Positions 49,685-59,900 of a stretch of DNA of 64,000 bases are shown here, piece after piece. The DNA comes from Gemmatimonas sp. (GTDB lineage Bacteria > Gemmatimonadota > Gemmatimonadetes > Gemmatimonadales > Gemmatimonadaceae): NCBI GenBank assembly GCA_965279375.1, contig OZ257156.1, forward strand, positions 736,001 through 800,000, in the 5' to 3' direction. A program made the position numbers and the translations under genes. The notes beneath the pieces are model-generated. The model made no database searches. It saw only the letters and a list, made by a program, of their open reading frames with translations, and had not been told where the DNA came from. The first letter of the stretch is position 1. Each line of letters starts with the position of its first letter.

Positions 49685-49837
49685 GAATTCCTCGACGATG
49701 ACTGAGCTACTCGGCGATCCGTGTGCCGCCGCAAACGCTGCCGAACACGCTGCCGCCTCTGCGACCGCGCACGGTTGAGCATAGCTCCTGACGCTACGTC
49801 AGGATCAAGGCCACCATCGAGGCCACTCGCGCGGCAC

Positions 49838-50536
49838 CTATCGCGAGGGGCCCCTGAGCCGCAACCGTTCGGCGCGCTCGAGCGCTTCCACATAGCGCCG
49901 CTCGTTCTTGCGCGCGCGCTCCTTGCGTTTGATCTCGGCGCCACCCATCAGCACGAATCCACTGATGCGCAGCACGGGAGCGTTAGGGTCGTCGAGGCTG
50001 GACAGCCCGGACTTGGCTTCGAATCCGCCCATCACGGCCATCCCCACCACTTCCACGCGCACGCCGTCCGGCACCCAGATCTCCACGCCGCCCCACACCG
50101 CGAGCACTTCGATCTCGCTGACACCGGGCGCGATGCGCGCGTCGCGCAGGTCGAGCTTGACGCCGCCCATGACCGCGACTGCCTTGAAATGTCGCGGCAG
50201 CACCCAGCCCTCCGCCCGCTCGAAGCCACCCATTACCGCGATGCCAACGCCGCGGTCCGGCAATGCGAACTCCTGCGCCGGTCGCGCCGCCGCCGCCGGC
50301 CGTTCGATCGACATCCCCGGCGACGACGGATCCTCAAGCAACTCGTCGAGCTGCGCCAAAGTGCGCGCCTGATACAGTCGCGTCAGCCGCGCATCGAGTT
50401 CGTCCATCGAGATGCGATCTGCTGCAAACGCGTCCGCCAGCCGCTGAATCACCTGCGCGCGCTGCAGCTCCGTCACGCCATAAGACTCCGCCGGCGCGAG
50501 CTGCTGCGTATTGGGATCGTAGCGTGGTGTCGTCAT
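49838..50536 (-). CDS. DUF1707 + LiaF/DUF2154-like protein
   Basis: RLADAFAADRISMDELDARL; AVMGGVKLDLRDA, WGGVEIWVP. Confidence 0.82.
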   Translation of the reverse strand: MTTPRYDPNTQQLAPAESYGVTELQRAQVIQRLADAFAADRISMDELDARLTRLYQARTLAQLDELLEDPSSPGMSIERPAAAARPAQEFALPDRGVGIAVMGGFERAEGWVLPRHFKAVAVMGGVKLDLRDARIAPGVSEIEVLAVWGGVEIWVPDGVRVEVVGMAVMGGFEAKSGLSSLDDPNAPVLRISGFVLMGGAEIKRKERARKNERRYVEALERAERLRLRGPSR

Positions 50537-50642
50537 CGCATTCGTCGTGGGAATTCACTTCGCGCGGTATCGCACGCCATTGAACCTGCGCAGGTAAGGC
50601 TCACATTTGCACCCATCGCCGTTGGGCGCGCCAGTCCCGCAA

Positions 50643-50744
50643 GGCAAACGGGGGACCCTCCGAAGGCCCTCTGCCCGCGGGACGATCCGCCAACGGATCG
50701 TCACGAACGGGCAGCAAGGCCGAGCGGAGGGTCCCCCGTTTGCC
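50643..50744. repeat. 102-nt rod-like inverted repeat
   Basis: 20-bp perfect outer stem 50643-62/50725-44; inner stems CTGCCCG/CGGGCAG and GACGATCCG/CGGATCGTC. Confidence 0.88.
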
Positions 50745-50776
50745 GCGGCGCGCGCCACGCGCCACGCGCCTACGGG

Positions 50777-53700
50777 CTACCGAAAACCCGTCACCTCTTC
50801 CTCGGCCGCCGTCTGCCGCGGCGTCCGCACGTCGTTCGGCTTCACCTCGATCGCCGGCTTCCCCTTCTCCTTGAGGAACGCGTCCACCGGCGGCAGCAAC
50901 TCCTTCCACGCCTTCCGCAGCTCGACCATGTACCCCTCGAGTTCGGCGTTCAACAGGTTGAACACTTCCACCGACTGCTTCGTCGGCCGGGCCTCCGTGC
51001 TCCCCACCACGCCCGACAACGCCGCGATCTGGTTGTTCACCTTGATCGGGTAGTTGAGCGGATCCTGGCCCGACTGGTTCTTCACCTGATAGACCAGCGC
51101 CTCGACCTCGGTGATCTTGGCATCGAGCGCCGCAGCCAGCGGCTTGAACTTGGCCGAGTCGGCGGCGTCCATCCCCTTCATGCGGTCGGCCAACTGCGCG
51201 CGGACGTAGCGCACCGTGCGAACTGCATCATTCGCATCTGTCGTGCGATCGCGGATCTGCATCAGCAGCTTGTACTGCGCGATCAGATCGGCCTGCGTGG
51301 CGTTGCTGCGCGGGTCCTTCTTGACGATGAACTTGGACTCCTGCGCCGTCGCGCCATCCACCACCAGGCGAACCGTGTACGTGCCCGGAATGATCAGCGG
51401 GCCGTTCGTACCGCCGGCCCAGTAGATCATGCCGTCAAAGCGCGTCGCATCCGGCTCGCGCAGATTCCACGCGAACGTGTTCATGCCGGCGCGATTGTTC
51501 AAACGCGGGTCGGCCGACGGAGCGTTGCGACCGCCACCGGGTGCCGCGGCCGGCGTCGCCGCCGCCGTGTCGCTCGAGAAACTCTTGATCGTGCGCCCAG
51601 TGGAATCCCGGAACTCGAGCGTGAGTTTGCGCGCCGGCTGCTTGAGCCAGTAGTACACGATTGCACCGGCCGGCGGATTGGCACCCACCTGCCCACCCGC
51701 ACCGCCACCAAAGCCCGCCTGCCACGTGATGCGATACGTGGAGCGCGGCGTGAACAGATGTGACGACGACGCGATGGCTTCGGTCGTCAGCTGACGCAGC
51801 GCGCTCAGGTCGTCAATCACCCAGAATGAACGACCATGCGTCGCCGCGATCAGGTCACCATCGCGCACCGCGAGATCGTGCACCGGCACGATCGGCAGGT
51901 TGCGACGGAGCGAGAACCATGTCGCACCGTCATCCAGCGACGCCCACACGCCACGCTCGGTGCCCGCGTAGAGCAGGCCGCGACGCTCTTCGTCTTCACG
52001 AATCACGCGCGTGAACTCGGTGGACGGAATGCCGCCCGTCTTCCCCGAGCCATCGATGCGCGTCCAGCTCTTGCCGTAGTCCGCCGTCTTGAAGAGATAC
52101 GGCTCGTTGTCATCCATCTGGAAGCGATTGGCCGCGACGTACGCGACCGCCGGATTGAAGCGGCTCGCTTCGATGATGGAGATGCGCGCCCACTCGCGCT
52201 CCTTGAGCAGCGGCGGCGTCACGTTCGTCCACGTCTTGCCCGCATCGCGCGTGATCTGCACGAGACCGTCGTCGGTGCCGCCCCAGATCACGCCCTTCGT
52301 CACTGGCGATTCGGCGATCGCGAACACCGTGCCGTAGTACTCGACGCTCGTCTGGTCCTTCGTGATCGGACCGCCGGACGGACCCAGCGTGCGCGGATCG
52401 TTGCGCGAGAGATCCGGCGAGATCACCTGATAGCTGTCGCCTTCATTGATCGTCTTGAAGAGCACGCTCGATCCTACGTACAACGTCTTCGGGTCATGCG
52501 GGCTCACGACAATCGGGAAGGTCCACTGCATGCGATACTTGGAGTCCTTCGCATCGTGCCCCATCGGGTTGAGCGGCCACGGATTGATGTTGCGCTCGAG
52601 TCCATTGCGCAGATCCTTGCGCGTCAGCAACCCGCCGTAGCTGCCGGCAAAGACGATATCCGGATCGGTCGGCAACGACGCGATGAAGCCTGACTCACCG
52701 CCGCCCGCGTCCAGCCAATCGCTGATGCCGATGCCGCCGATCTTGCGCGACGGTCCGCACAGCGTGCTGTTGTCCTGCTGCGCACCGCAAATGCGGTACG
52801 GGAAGTGATTGGTCGTCGTGACGTGATAGAACTGCGCCGTCGCGAAGTCCTGCTCGGTCCACGTACGGCCGCCATCCGTCGACACGCTGGCGCCGCCATC
52901 ATCGCCTTCGATCATTCGCTGCGGATTCGTCGCCGACAGCCACATGTCGTGCGAGTCGCCGTGTGGCGGGTTCAAGTTGACGAACGTCTTGCCACCATCG
53001 CGCGACACCTGGAACGACACGTTGCTGACGTACACGACATCGGCGTTCTTGTGGTCGGCGTACACCTTGGTGTAGTACCACGCACGCTGACGCAGATTGC
53101 GGTTGTCGCTCGTGCGCGTCCACGTCGCGCCGCCATCGTCCGAGCGATAGAGGCCACCCTCGTCCGCTTCGATCAGCGCAAACACGCGCTGTGAGTTGGC
53201 GCCGCTCACGCTGATGCCGATGTTGCCCCACAGGCCGGCCGGCAGCCCCTTGTTGCGTGTGATCTCGGTCCACGTGTCGCCGCCGTCGGTGCTCTTGAAC
53301 ATCCCCGAGCCCTTGCCGCCCGACTCGAGCTTCCACGGCTTGCGATACACCTGCCAGAAGCCCGCGTACAACACGTTCGGATTGTTCGGATCGATCGCGA
53401 GATCGCCCACGCCGGTCGAGTCATCTCGGAAGAGCACCTTCGACCACGACTTGCCGCCGTCCTTCGTGCGGAACACGCCACGCTCGGCGTTGGGGCCCCA
53501 CACATGGCCGAGTGCCGCCACGTAGGCGATGTCCGGATTGGTCGGATGCACCTTCACGTCGGCGATCTGGCGCGTGTCGTTGAGGCCGATGTTCGTCCAC
53601 GTCTTGCCACCGTCGGTGGTTTTCCAGACGCCATCACCGTGCGACACGTTGCCGCGCAGCGGGAACTCACCGCCGCCCACATACACGATGTCCGGGTTGG

Positions 53701-54103
53701 ACGCTGACACGCCGATCGCGCCGATCGTGCCGCCGAAGTACTTGTCCGTCATCGGCGCCCAGTTCGTGCCGCCGTCGGTCGTCTTGAAGACACCGGCGCC
53801 CGTCGTGCCCATCCAGTACTCGTTGGGACGCGCCTCGCTGCCGGCCACCGCCACCGAGCGACCGCCGCGGAACGGCCCCACTTCTCGCCAGCGAATCGCG
53901 CCGAGGGCCAGACTATCGAACGGCGCCGCCATCGGAACGGTGGCTGGCTTGAGCACCGGGCGCGGCACCGATACCGGGCGCGCCACCGGCTTGGTCGCCG
54001 TCGCCTGCGCATATCCGACGGCAGGGAAGGCGAGAACGGACAGCATCGACGCGGTGCGCAGCGCACGATGTCCGAGCGAAGAACGGCAAGGTCGAAAAGA
54101 CAC
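50777..54103 (-). CDS. VPS10/sortilin-like BNR-repeat protein
   Basis: GGAG + GTG 54103; WREVGPFRGGR, Asp-boxes, GAQQDNS, THGRSFWVIDD. Confidence 0.9.
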   Translation of the reverse strand: MSFRPCRSSLGHRALRTASMLSVLAFPAVGYAQATATKPVARPVSVPRPVLKPATVPMAAPFDSLALGAIRWREVGPFRGGRSVAVAGSEARPNEYWMGTTGAGVFKTTDGGTNWAPMTDKYFGGTIGAIGVSASNPDIVYVGGGEFPLRGNVSHGDGVWKTTDGGKTWTNIGLNDTRQIADVKVHPTNPDIAYVAALGHVWGPNAERGVFRTKDGGKSWSKVLFRDDSTGVGDLAIDPNNPNVLYAGFWQVYRKPWKLESGGKGSGMFKSTDGGDTWTEITRNKGLPAGLWGNIGISVSGANSQRVFALIEADEGGLYRSDDGGATWTRTSDNRNLRQRAWYYTKVYADHKNADVVYVSNVSFQVSRDGGKTFVNLNPPHGDSHDMWLSATNPQRMIEGDDGGASVSTDGGRTWTEQDFATAQFYHVTTTNHFPYRICGAQQDNSTLCGPSRKIGGIGISDWLDAGGGESGFIASLPTDPDIVFAGSYGGLLTRKDLRNGLERNINPWPLNPMGHDAKDSKYRMQWTFPIVVSPHDPKTLYVGSSVLFKTINEGDSYQVISPDLSRNDPRTLGPSGGPITKDQTSVEYYGTVFAIAESPVTKGVIWGGTDDGLVQITRDAGKTWTNVTPPLLKEREWARISIIEASRFNPAVAYVAANRFQMDDNEPYLFKTADYGKSWTRIDGSGKTGGIPSTEFTRVIREDEERRGLLYAGTERGVWASLDDGATWFSLRRNLPIVPVHDLAVRDGDLIAATHGRSFWVIDDLSALRQLTTEAIASSSHLFTPRSTYRITWQAGFGGGAGGQVGANPPAGAIVYYWLKQPARKLTLEFRDSTGRTIKSFSSDTAAATPAAAPGGGRNAPSADPRLNNRAGMNTFAWNLREPDATRFDGMIYWAGGTNGPLIIPGTYTVRLVVDGATAQESKFIVKKDPRSNATQADLIAQYKLLMQIRDRTTDANDAVRTVRYVRAQLADRMKGMDAADSAKFKPLAAALDAKITEVEALVYQVKNQSGQDPLNYPIKVNNQIAALSGVVGSTEARPTKQSVEVFNLLNAELEGYMVELRKAWKELLPPVDAFLKEKGKPAIEVKPNDVRTPRQTAAEEEVTGFR

Positions 54104-54254
54104 GGGAAATGCTCCGTTGCGAGACGTGAGGCGGACAGACCGCGACAATGCGGAGTCGGCACACACGTGGCAAGGGGTATTCCGCGGACGCCTCGGCCCA
54201 GCGCGTGCTACGCGTGCACAGGCGCTGTTGTGAAGGCCGGTAACAGTCTCTTGA

Positions 54255-55232
54255 TCAGGCGTCGTCCGCCGCGAGCGCCGCCAGCGAACCGATCCGGATC
54301 ACCGTGCCCCACGGATCCACCGTGCGGAGCGAACCGCCGGTCAAGCGCGTCGCCTCTGCCCCCGCCTTTATGAGACTCGCCTCGAGCTCGGCTACGCTGT
54401 CATCGTCGGGCAGCTCAATTGTCCACTCGAGCAGCCTGGCATCGTCGGCGGTGGACGGTCGCGCGCCGGGACCGGCCCAAACGTTGGTCCCCAGGTGATG
54501 GTGATAGCCACTCGCGCCGAGAAAGAGCGCGCCGGGATAGCGCCACACGGTGCGATCGAAGCCAAGCCCCTCGGAGAAGAACGCCGACGCGCGCTCGATG
54601 TCGCCAACGTGCAGATGCACATGCCCGAGAACGGTGCCCGCCGGCATCTCCGTCCACGGTTCCGGCGAGGCCGCGTCCACCAGTCCCTGCAGGTCCACCG
54701 GGTCGGTGGCCATCGCCAACTCCCGGCCGCTCCGCTGCCAAGTCTCCCGAGGGCGATCCCAGTAGATCTCGATGCCGAGGTCGTCCGGGTCGTGGAGATA
54801 GATCGCTTCACTGACCAGATGATCACCGGCACCGATCGGCTGCCCGATGATTGCCGTGTGCCGCACGAAGCGCGCAAGCGCATCGCGCGTCGGCAGCAGG
54901 ATCGCGAAGTGGTAGAGACCCAGCCGACCACGCCGCGCGGCTGAACGCACGCCGCGCTTCTCGCGCAACGACACCAGCGGCCGATCGCTGCCGGCAACGC
55001 CGAGGGCCGCCGTCGTCTCCGTCTGTGAAAGCACTCGCAGTCCGAGGACCCGCTGGTAGAACGCGAGCGATCGCGCGAGGTCAGACACCTGCAGCTGCAC
55101 TCCGCCGAGCGACGTGTGCTCGGGGAGACGGTAGCCGGACGGCGCGACGCCATAGCTGCCCGGTGTCGCAAAGTCGATCGTCGGCTGTGCGCCGAAGAGG
55201 TCCTTCGACGCGGCGCTGGTGTTGTTGCTCAT
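54255..55232 (-). CDS. Two-domain VOC protein, CatE/YfiE-like ring-cleavage dioxygenase family
   Basis: GLYHFAILLP, DHLVSEAIYLHDP, GHVHLHV, GYHHHLGTNVW. Confidence 0.88.
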   Translation of the reverse strand: MSNNTSAASKDLFGAQPTIDFATPGSYGVAPSGYRLPEHTSLGGVQLQVSDLARSLAFYQRVLGLRVLSQTETTAALGVAGSDRPLVSLREKRGVRSAARRGRLGLYHFAILLPTRDALARFVRHTAIIGQPIGAGDHLVSEAIYLHDPDDLGIEIYWDRPRETWQRSGRELAMATDPVDLQGLVDAASPEPWTEMPAGTVLGHVHLHVGDIERASAFFSEGLGFDRTVWRYPGALFLGASGYHHHLGTNVWAGPGARPSTADDARLLEWTIELPDDDSVAELEASLIKAGAEATRLTGGSLRTVDPWGTVIRIGSLAALAADDA

Positions 55233-55296
55233 GGATGGCAGTTCTCGGTCGAACTCTCGTGGGTGGTTTCCGGGCGCGATGCGAAGGGGGGGCAGA

Positions 55297-55308
55297 GTGT
55301 TGCAACAC
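55297..55308. promoter_or_regulatory. Palindrome GTGTTGCAACAC, candidate MarR operator
   Basis: Perfect 12-bp palindrome upstream of the VOC gene; same GTGT-N4-ACAC pattern as 55852-55863. Confidence 0.55.
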
Positions 55309-55356
55309 ACATTCGGTTTCGGTGCGCGTGCCGCCGGTTCAGGATGCGTGGTGTGC

Positions 55357-55824
55357 CTACGCGTGCTCTCGGGCGATCGCGAGCAGTTCGATCAATTGGC
55401 TGAGCTGCTCGACGGACATGTGGCCCATCTGCCGCGCGTGCTCTTCGTCGATCTTGCTGTCGAGCGTTGCAAGGAGCTCGCCGCCCGCCGGGGTGAGGTA
55501 AGTGGACACCAGCCGCCGATCCTCGGTGCTTCGAACCCGCGAGACGAGCCCCGCCTCTTCCATGCGATCCAGCAGACGCGTGACGTCCGGCATGCGGCTG
55601 ATCAGCCGGTCCCGGACCTCATTGCGGCAGAGCCCCGCACTGCCCGCCCCACGCAGGATCCGCAGCACGTTGTACTGCGTCAGACCTATGTTGTACGGCT
55701 TGAGCACCGCTTCGAAGCCGTCGTTCAACACCGAGGCGGTGCGCGCGATGCTCAGCTGAGCCTCCTGAGCGAGACTACCGAACGGTTTCGACTGGCGCAG
55801 TTCTTCCCGCAGCGAGATGGACAT
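55357..55824 (-). CDS. MarR family transcriptional regulator
   Basis: TQYNVLRILRGAG, PDVTRLLDRMEEAGLVSR..DRR..LTPAG. Confidence 0.92.
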   Translation of the reverse strand: MSISLREELRQSKPFGSLAQEAQLSIARTASVLNDGFEAVLKPYNIGLTQYNVLRILRGAGSAGLCRNEVRDRLISRMPDVTRLLDRMEEAGLVSRVRSTEDRRLVSTYLTPAGGELLATLDSKIDEEHARQMGHMSVEQLSQLIELLAIAREHA

Positions 55825-55851
55825 GGAGGATATTACCCGTGTAAACATTTA

Positions 55852-55863
55852 GTGTCAAGACAC
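55852..55863. promoter_or_regulatory. Palindrome GTGTCAAGACAC, candidate MarR autoregulatory operator
   Basis: Inverted repeat in AT-rich region about 30 nt upstream of marR start. Confidence 0.55.
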
Positions 55864-56011
55864 CCAATTTTATACGCGCCGTGGCCAACGCCTTGGCCTT
55901 GGACGCACCGGCTTGGTGTCATGCGCTGGCGGGCGAAGAAGAGCCCGCTTTGACGGCGAACGAGATGAGGCGCGCTGAGCTGCATGCCACAAGAGACAGC
56001 GCGCCCGGACG

Positions 56012-56050
56012 AAAAGCGACCCGTTCCGCGAACTTTTCTCGGAACGGGTC
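56012..56050 (-). terminator. Putative intrinsic terminator
   Basis: 11-bp stem GACCCGTTCCG/CGGAACGGGTC followed on the minus strand by a short T tract, just after stop 56056. Confidence 0.6.
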
Positions 56051-56055
56051 CCGGT

Positions 56056-56391
56056 TCAGCGCTTTTTCGTCGATCCCGCTGGCTTGATGGTCGGCACGGG
56101 CGCCCGCAGCGCGCGCGCACCCTGCGCGTCTGCGGTGGCAGCCGTGGACGTCTTCTTCGCCGAGGCCGCCGCGACCTTGGCTTTCGGGTGCTCCGCCACG
56201 TGCGCGTCGATCGCGTTCGTCGCGGTCTTCACCTGCGCCGGCGTGAACGTCACCGACTCCTGCGTGGGACGGGTTTGAGCGGCCAACGTGCTCGGGTGAG
56301 CGAACGCGAGCGCGACGCCGATCGCTGCCAGCGCCGCGAGGCGCGGCGAGAGCGCCGATGAGATGCACGACTGCAAGACGTTGATTCTCAC
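56056..56391 (-). CDS. Small secreted basic Ala/Lys-rich hypothetical protein
   Basis: GGAGG + GTG overlapping upstream TGA; signal peptide ..TLAA/Q. Confidence 0.65.
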   Translation of the reverse strand: MRINVLQSCISSALSPRLAALAAIGVALAFAHPSTLAAQTRPTQESVTFTPAQVKTATNAIDAHVAEHPKAKVAAASAKKTSTAATADAQGARALRAPVPTIKPAGSTKKR

Positions 56392-56921
56392 TTGTTGCCT
56401 CCGGTTCCGGTGGTCCACGCGCTCGTGCGAGCGACGCTGTCCACCTGAGCAGCCAGGGTTTGCAGCACACGCGGTGCACTGGTGCACCCGGCATCGTGCT
56501 GAACGGTTTTCATCGCGGTGGCGCCGCGCGCGCCGAGTACGGTGCGCGGGCCATCGGGGAGGTAGCGCCCGCACCCCTTCGCCCCCTCGACATACGCACT
56601 GTCGAGCGAAGCGAAGTTGGCGCTGGCGAATCGCTGTTGCAGCGAGCGCACCGCACTCACGGCAATCGAGGCACGTTGCGCACCGACGGTCTTCACGTTC
56701 TTGCGTCCGTCATACTGCACGGTGCCATCCTCGAAGATCTCGACGACGTACTCCGCGCAACGACCGAAGCAGGCGCCGCGCTCGAGACGCACGGCCACGT
56801 TCCCTGTCGCCGGCGTGCTGGGCGTTGCGTGTGAGCGGCACGCCAGCACCGTCACCGCGATCGCCGTGAGCGCGACGGACAGTCGCGCCTGTTGCAGTTG
56901 CTTCGAGATGGAGTTGATCAC
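56388..56921 (-). CDS. DUF6438-like lipoprotein
   Basis: VLAC lipobox; LERGACFGRCAEY..DGTVQYDG. Confidence 0.78.
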   Translation of the reverse strand: MINSISKQLQQARLSVALTAIAVTVLACRSHATPSTPATGNVAVRLERGACFGRCAEYVVEIFEDGTVQYDGRKNVKTVGAQRASIAVSAVRSLQQRFASANFASLDSAYVEGAKGCGRYLPDGPRTVLGARGATAMKTVQHDAGCTSAPRVLQTLAAQVDSVARTSAWTTGTGGNK

Positions 56922-59900
56922 TGGCGGATCGCTCCCGTGAAGGGATCGATCGTCGCCTTGGCGCTCTTCACGCCGTCGGAGATGAGCAGATCGAGGCGGT
57001 CAGGCGCGCCGAACTGCGACAGATCGAGCGATCCATTGCGCGCGAGTGCAAGGACATCGCCAGTTCGGCGGTCACGCACCATGATCGCCGGCACCCGCGA
57101 GGGCGACCAGGTCATCTGCATGCGTGCGCCCGACAGCGTGGTAGTCTGCACATCCATGCTCGATGCGTTGAGCGGACCGGTATCACGCATGTTCGTGCGC
57201 ATGCTGCTCTTGGTTCCGCGCACTTCGCGCACTCCGAGCCGTGCCACCTGCGCTTGCACACCCTCGGCCACCGGCACCGCAACGACGAACGCTTCCGTGC
57301 CTGCCGCTGCATCATCCACACCGTACGGCGTGAAGCGATGCGAGAAGAGCACGCGATCCTTGGCGTCGAAGCCTTCGATCACGTAGCGGCCGGAGGCGTC
57401 GTCCTTCGCCGGTGAGGTGGTCATCGAGAACGCCGGGTCGAGCGACAGCTTCCCGTTGACGATGTCGCCGGAGACGAGGAGCACACTCGTCGGCGCGGAG
57501 ATGCCCACGCCGTTCGGATTCGCCTGACGGAAATCCATCACCTTGCGGTAGTTGAACGCGCTGACCCAGTACGGGCGGCAGTACGTCATGATGTCGTTGG
57601 CCGTCGGCGGCTGCAGCGCATTGTTGTTGAACAGGTCCATGCCGTACGTGCCCGTGCGACCGTCGGCGAACGGATAGGTCGGCTCCGGTCCGGCGGCACC
57701 ACCGCAGGGTGAATGACGCAGACTGAGCGTGTGTCCCATTTCGTGCGCGAAGGTGAGCTGCGATTCCTCCGCACCGAAGTCGGAACCTTCGTCCACACCG
57801 ATCGCGGCGCGCGCCGGGATGCCGTTGGCCAAGCCAAGCACACCGCTGCGCCCCGTCGTGCGCACGAGACCGAAGTAGTACGAGGTGGTTCCCTCGGTCT
57901 GGCGCAGGATCTCGATGTCGCGCACCAGTCGGCCCCAATCATCGAAGGACTGCGTACCGATCGTGTAGTCGATCACGAGTGGCGCACGTGCCGCCACGTT
58001 GATCGTGTTCAAAGGCCACATGGATCGGAAGTACGTGAGCAGCGTCGTCGTCGCGACGCCTACCGGACCGTTGCGATTCTGCTGCACCGGCACGAGACGC
58101 AGGTTGAAGGGCGGCACGGTGACGACATTCAACGCCTGCGCTGTCCCGTTCAGCGGGAACTGGTTGTCGTTCTCGGCGCTCTCGGCGACCGCATTGTCCG
58201 GATCGACTTCGGCGAGGAAAGTCACGCCCGCTTTGACCATCGATGACGGAATCACGAAGTTCGCGGAGCAGCACCCTTCATCGAGGTTGAGCGATGGCGT
58301 GGCCGTGCCGTTGAAGGTGCCGAGCACTGTGGTGCCCTGCAGCATGCGCAAGCGAACCGCTGCGGGTGTCAGTCCGGTACGGCTGCCGCGCACGAAGACG
58401 CGCGCCACTGCGCCGCGATCCGCCACGAGCGGAATGCGCCCGTCGGGGACCTGCGTCGCCTGGACGAAGTAGACTGCCGGAATGTCGAGATTGGTGGTCG
58501 TGGACTGCGCCACCGTCACGGGAATCGTGGCGACCTTGGCTGGATCCGCCAACGACGTGACCGTGATGTTCGTTTGGCCGGCCCCGACCGCGCGAATGAG
58601 TCCCGTGGGACTGACGCTCGCGATGTTGGAGTTGCCGCTCGCCCACTGGATCGCGGTGTTCGTCGTGCCTGAAATCGTCGCCGTGGCCTGCAGCGTCTGC
58701 CCGGTCTGCAGGTTGGCGTTGGTCGGCGATGCCGTCAGGTTGATCGAGGTGACGGGAATGCCGCTCACGCCAAGCAGGAACAGCCCGGTTTCGCCGGCGT
58801 TGAACGTGGTGGCGTTCACGATGTACTGACCGGCGGGCAGGTTCGCGACGATGCGGGAGTTGGTGGTGTTGCCCGTCGGCGCATCATCGTTCTCAGCGAC
58901 GACCGCGCCCGTCTGTGCGTTCTGCAGGACGAGATACGCATCGACGGCACTGCTGAGCATGTCGAACTGCACCGACGACGTCGCGCCGAGTACCATGCCG
59001 AAGCGCTGGAAGTAGCGACGAGGGCCACCATTGTCGCTGATCGCGCAATCCTTGGTGGTGAACGTGCTCTGGATCGTCTGCCCGACGGACACCGTCTTGG
59101 TAACGGCACACGGATCGATCGCCGGGCCAAGCGACAATCGATACGCGCCGACGCGATTGGGATAACCGCGTGCGAGTACGGTGTAGCGCCCCGGCTCGAG
59201 CAACACTTCGAGCGCCGCGTCCGTGCCGGCGCCGCTGTCGTCATCCTGCGCGACGATGCGCTCCTGCTCGTCCAGAATGAACAGAATCGGATCGAACTGT
59301 GAGCTCGTCAGCTCAGCCGCCATGTTGTACTTGGTCGTCACGACGATGTCGTAGCGATCTTCGTAGCTGTTGTCGTTCAGGCGACACGCGGTGGTCGTCG
59401 CGAGGTTCGCGGGCACCGTCGTCTGGATCTGCGTCTGGCGCCCGTTGGTGCACGCCGTCGGCGCAGCACGCGCGGTGAGCTGATACGCACCGAAGGTGTT
59501 GGCGTCGTACGTGTTGGCGAGCACGATGTAGCGACCGGCCGGCAGGATGCGCATGATGCGCGCGTTCGTGCCCCCGCCGCCGTCGTCGTCTTCGGCGATA
59601 ACCTTGCCGGAGGCGTCGGCGAGAAAGACATAGGCATCGAACGCTGTGCTGGTCAGCACGACTTCGACTTTCGCGGCCACCGGGAGGGTGAACTCGTAGG
59701 CCTGCGTGGCCGTGTTGTCGCTCAGCTTGCAGTCGGCGGCGGCCAGTGTGCCGTTGACCGACGATCCGTAGGTGAGCGCGCGAACGACCGTGCACGGATC
59801 CTGGATGACCGTGATCGCCGCGGTGCCAGTCGCGCCTTCGGAAAGCGCGTTGATCGTGGCGGTGCCCGCAGCAACGGCGGTGACCAGTCCGGTCTGCGAG

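Noticed and set aside
49721..51763. 680-aa plus-strand ORF (and similar 28970-30559, 33390-34727)
   Set aside because: Shadow frames opposite well-supported genes
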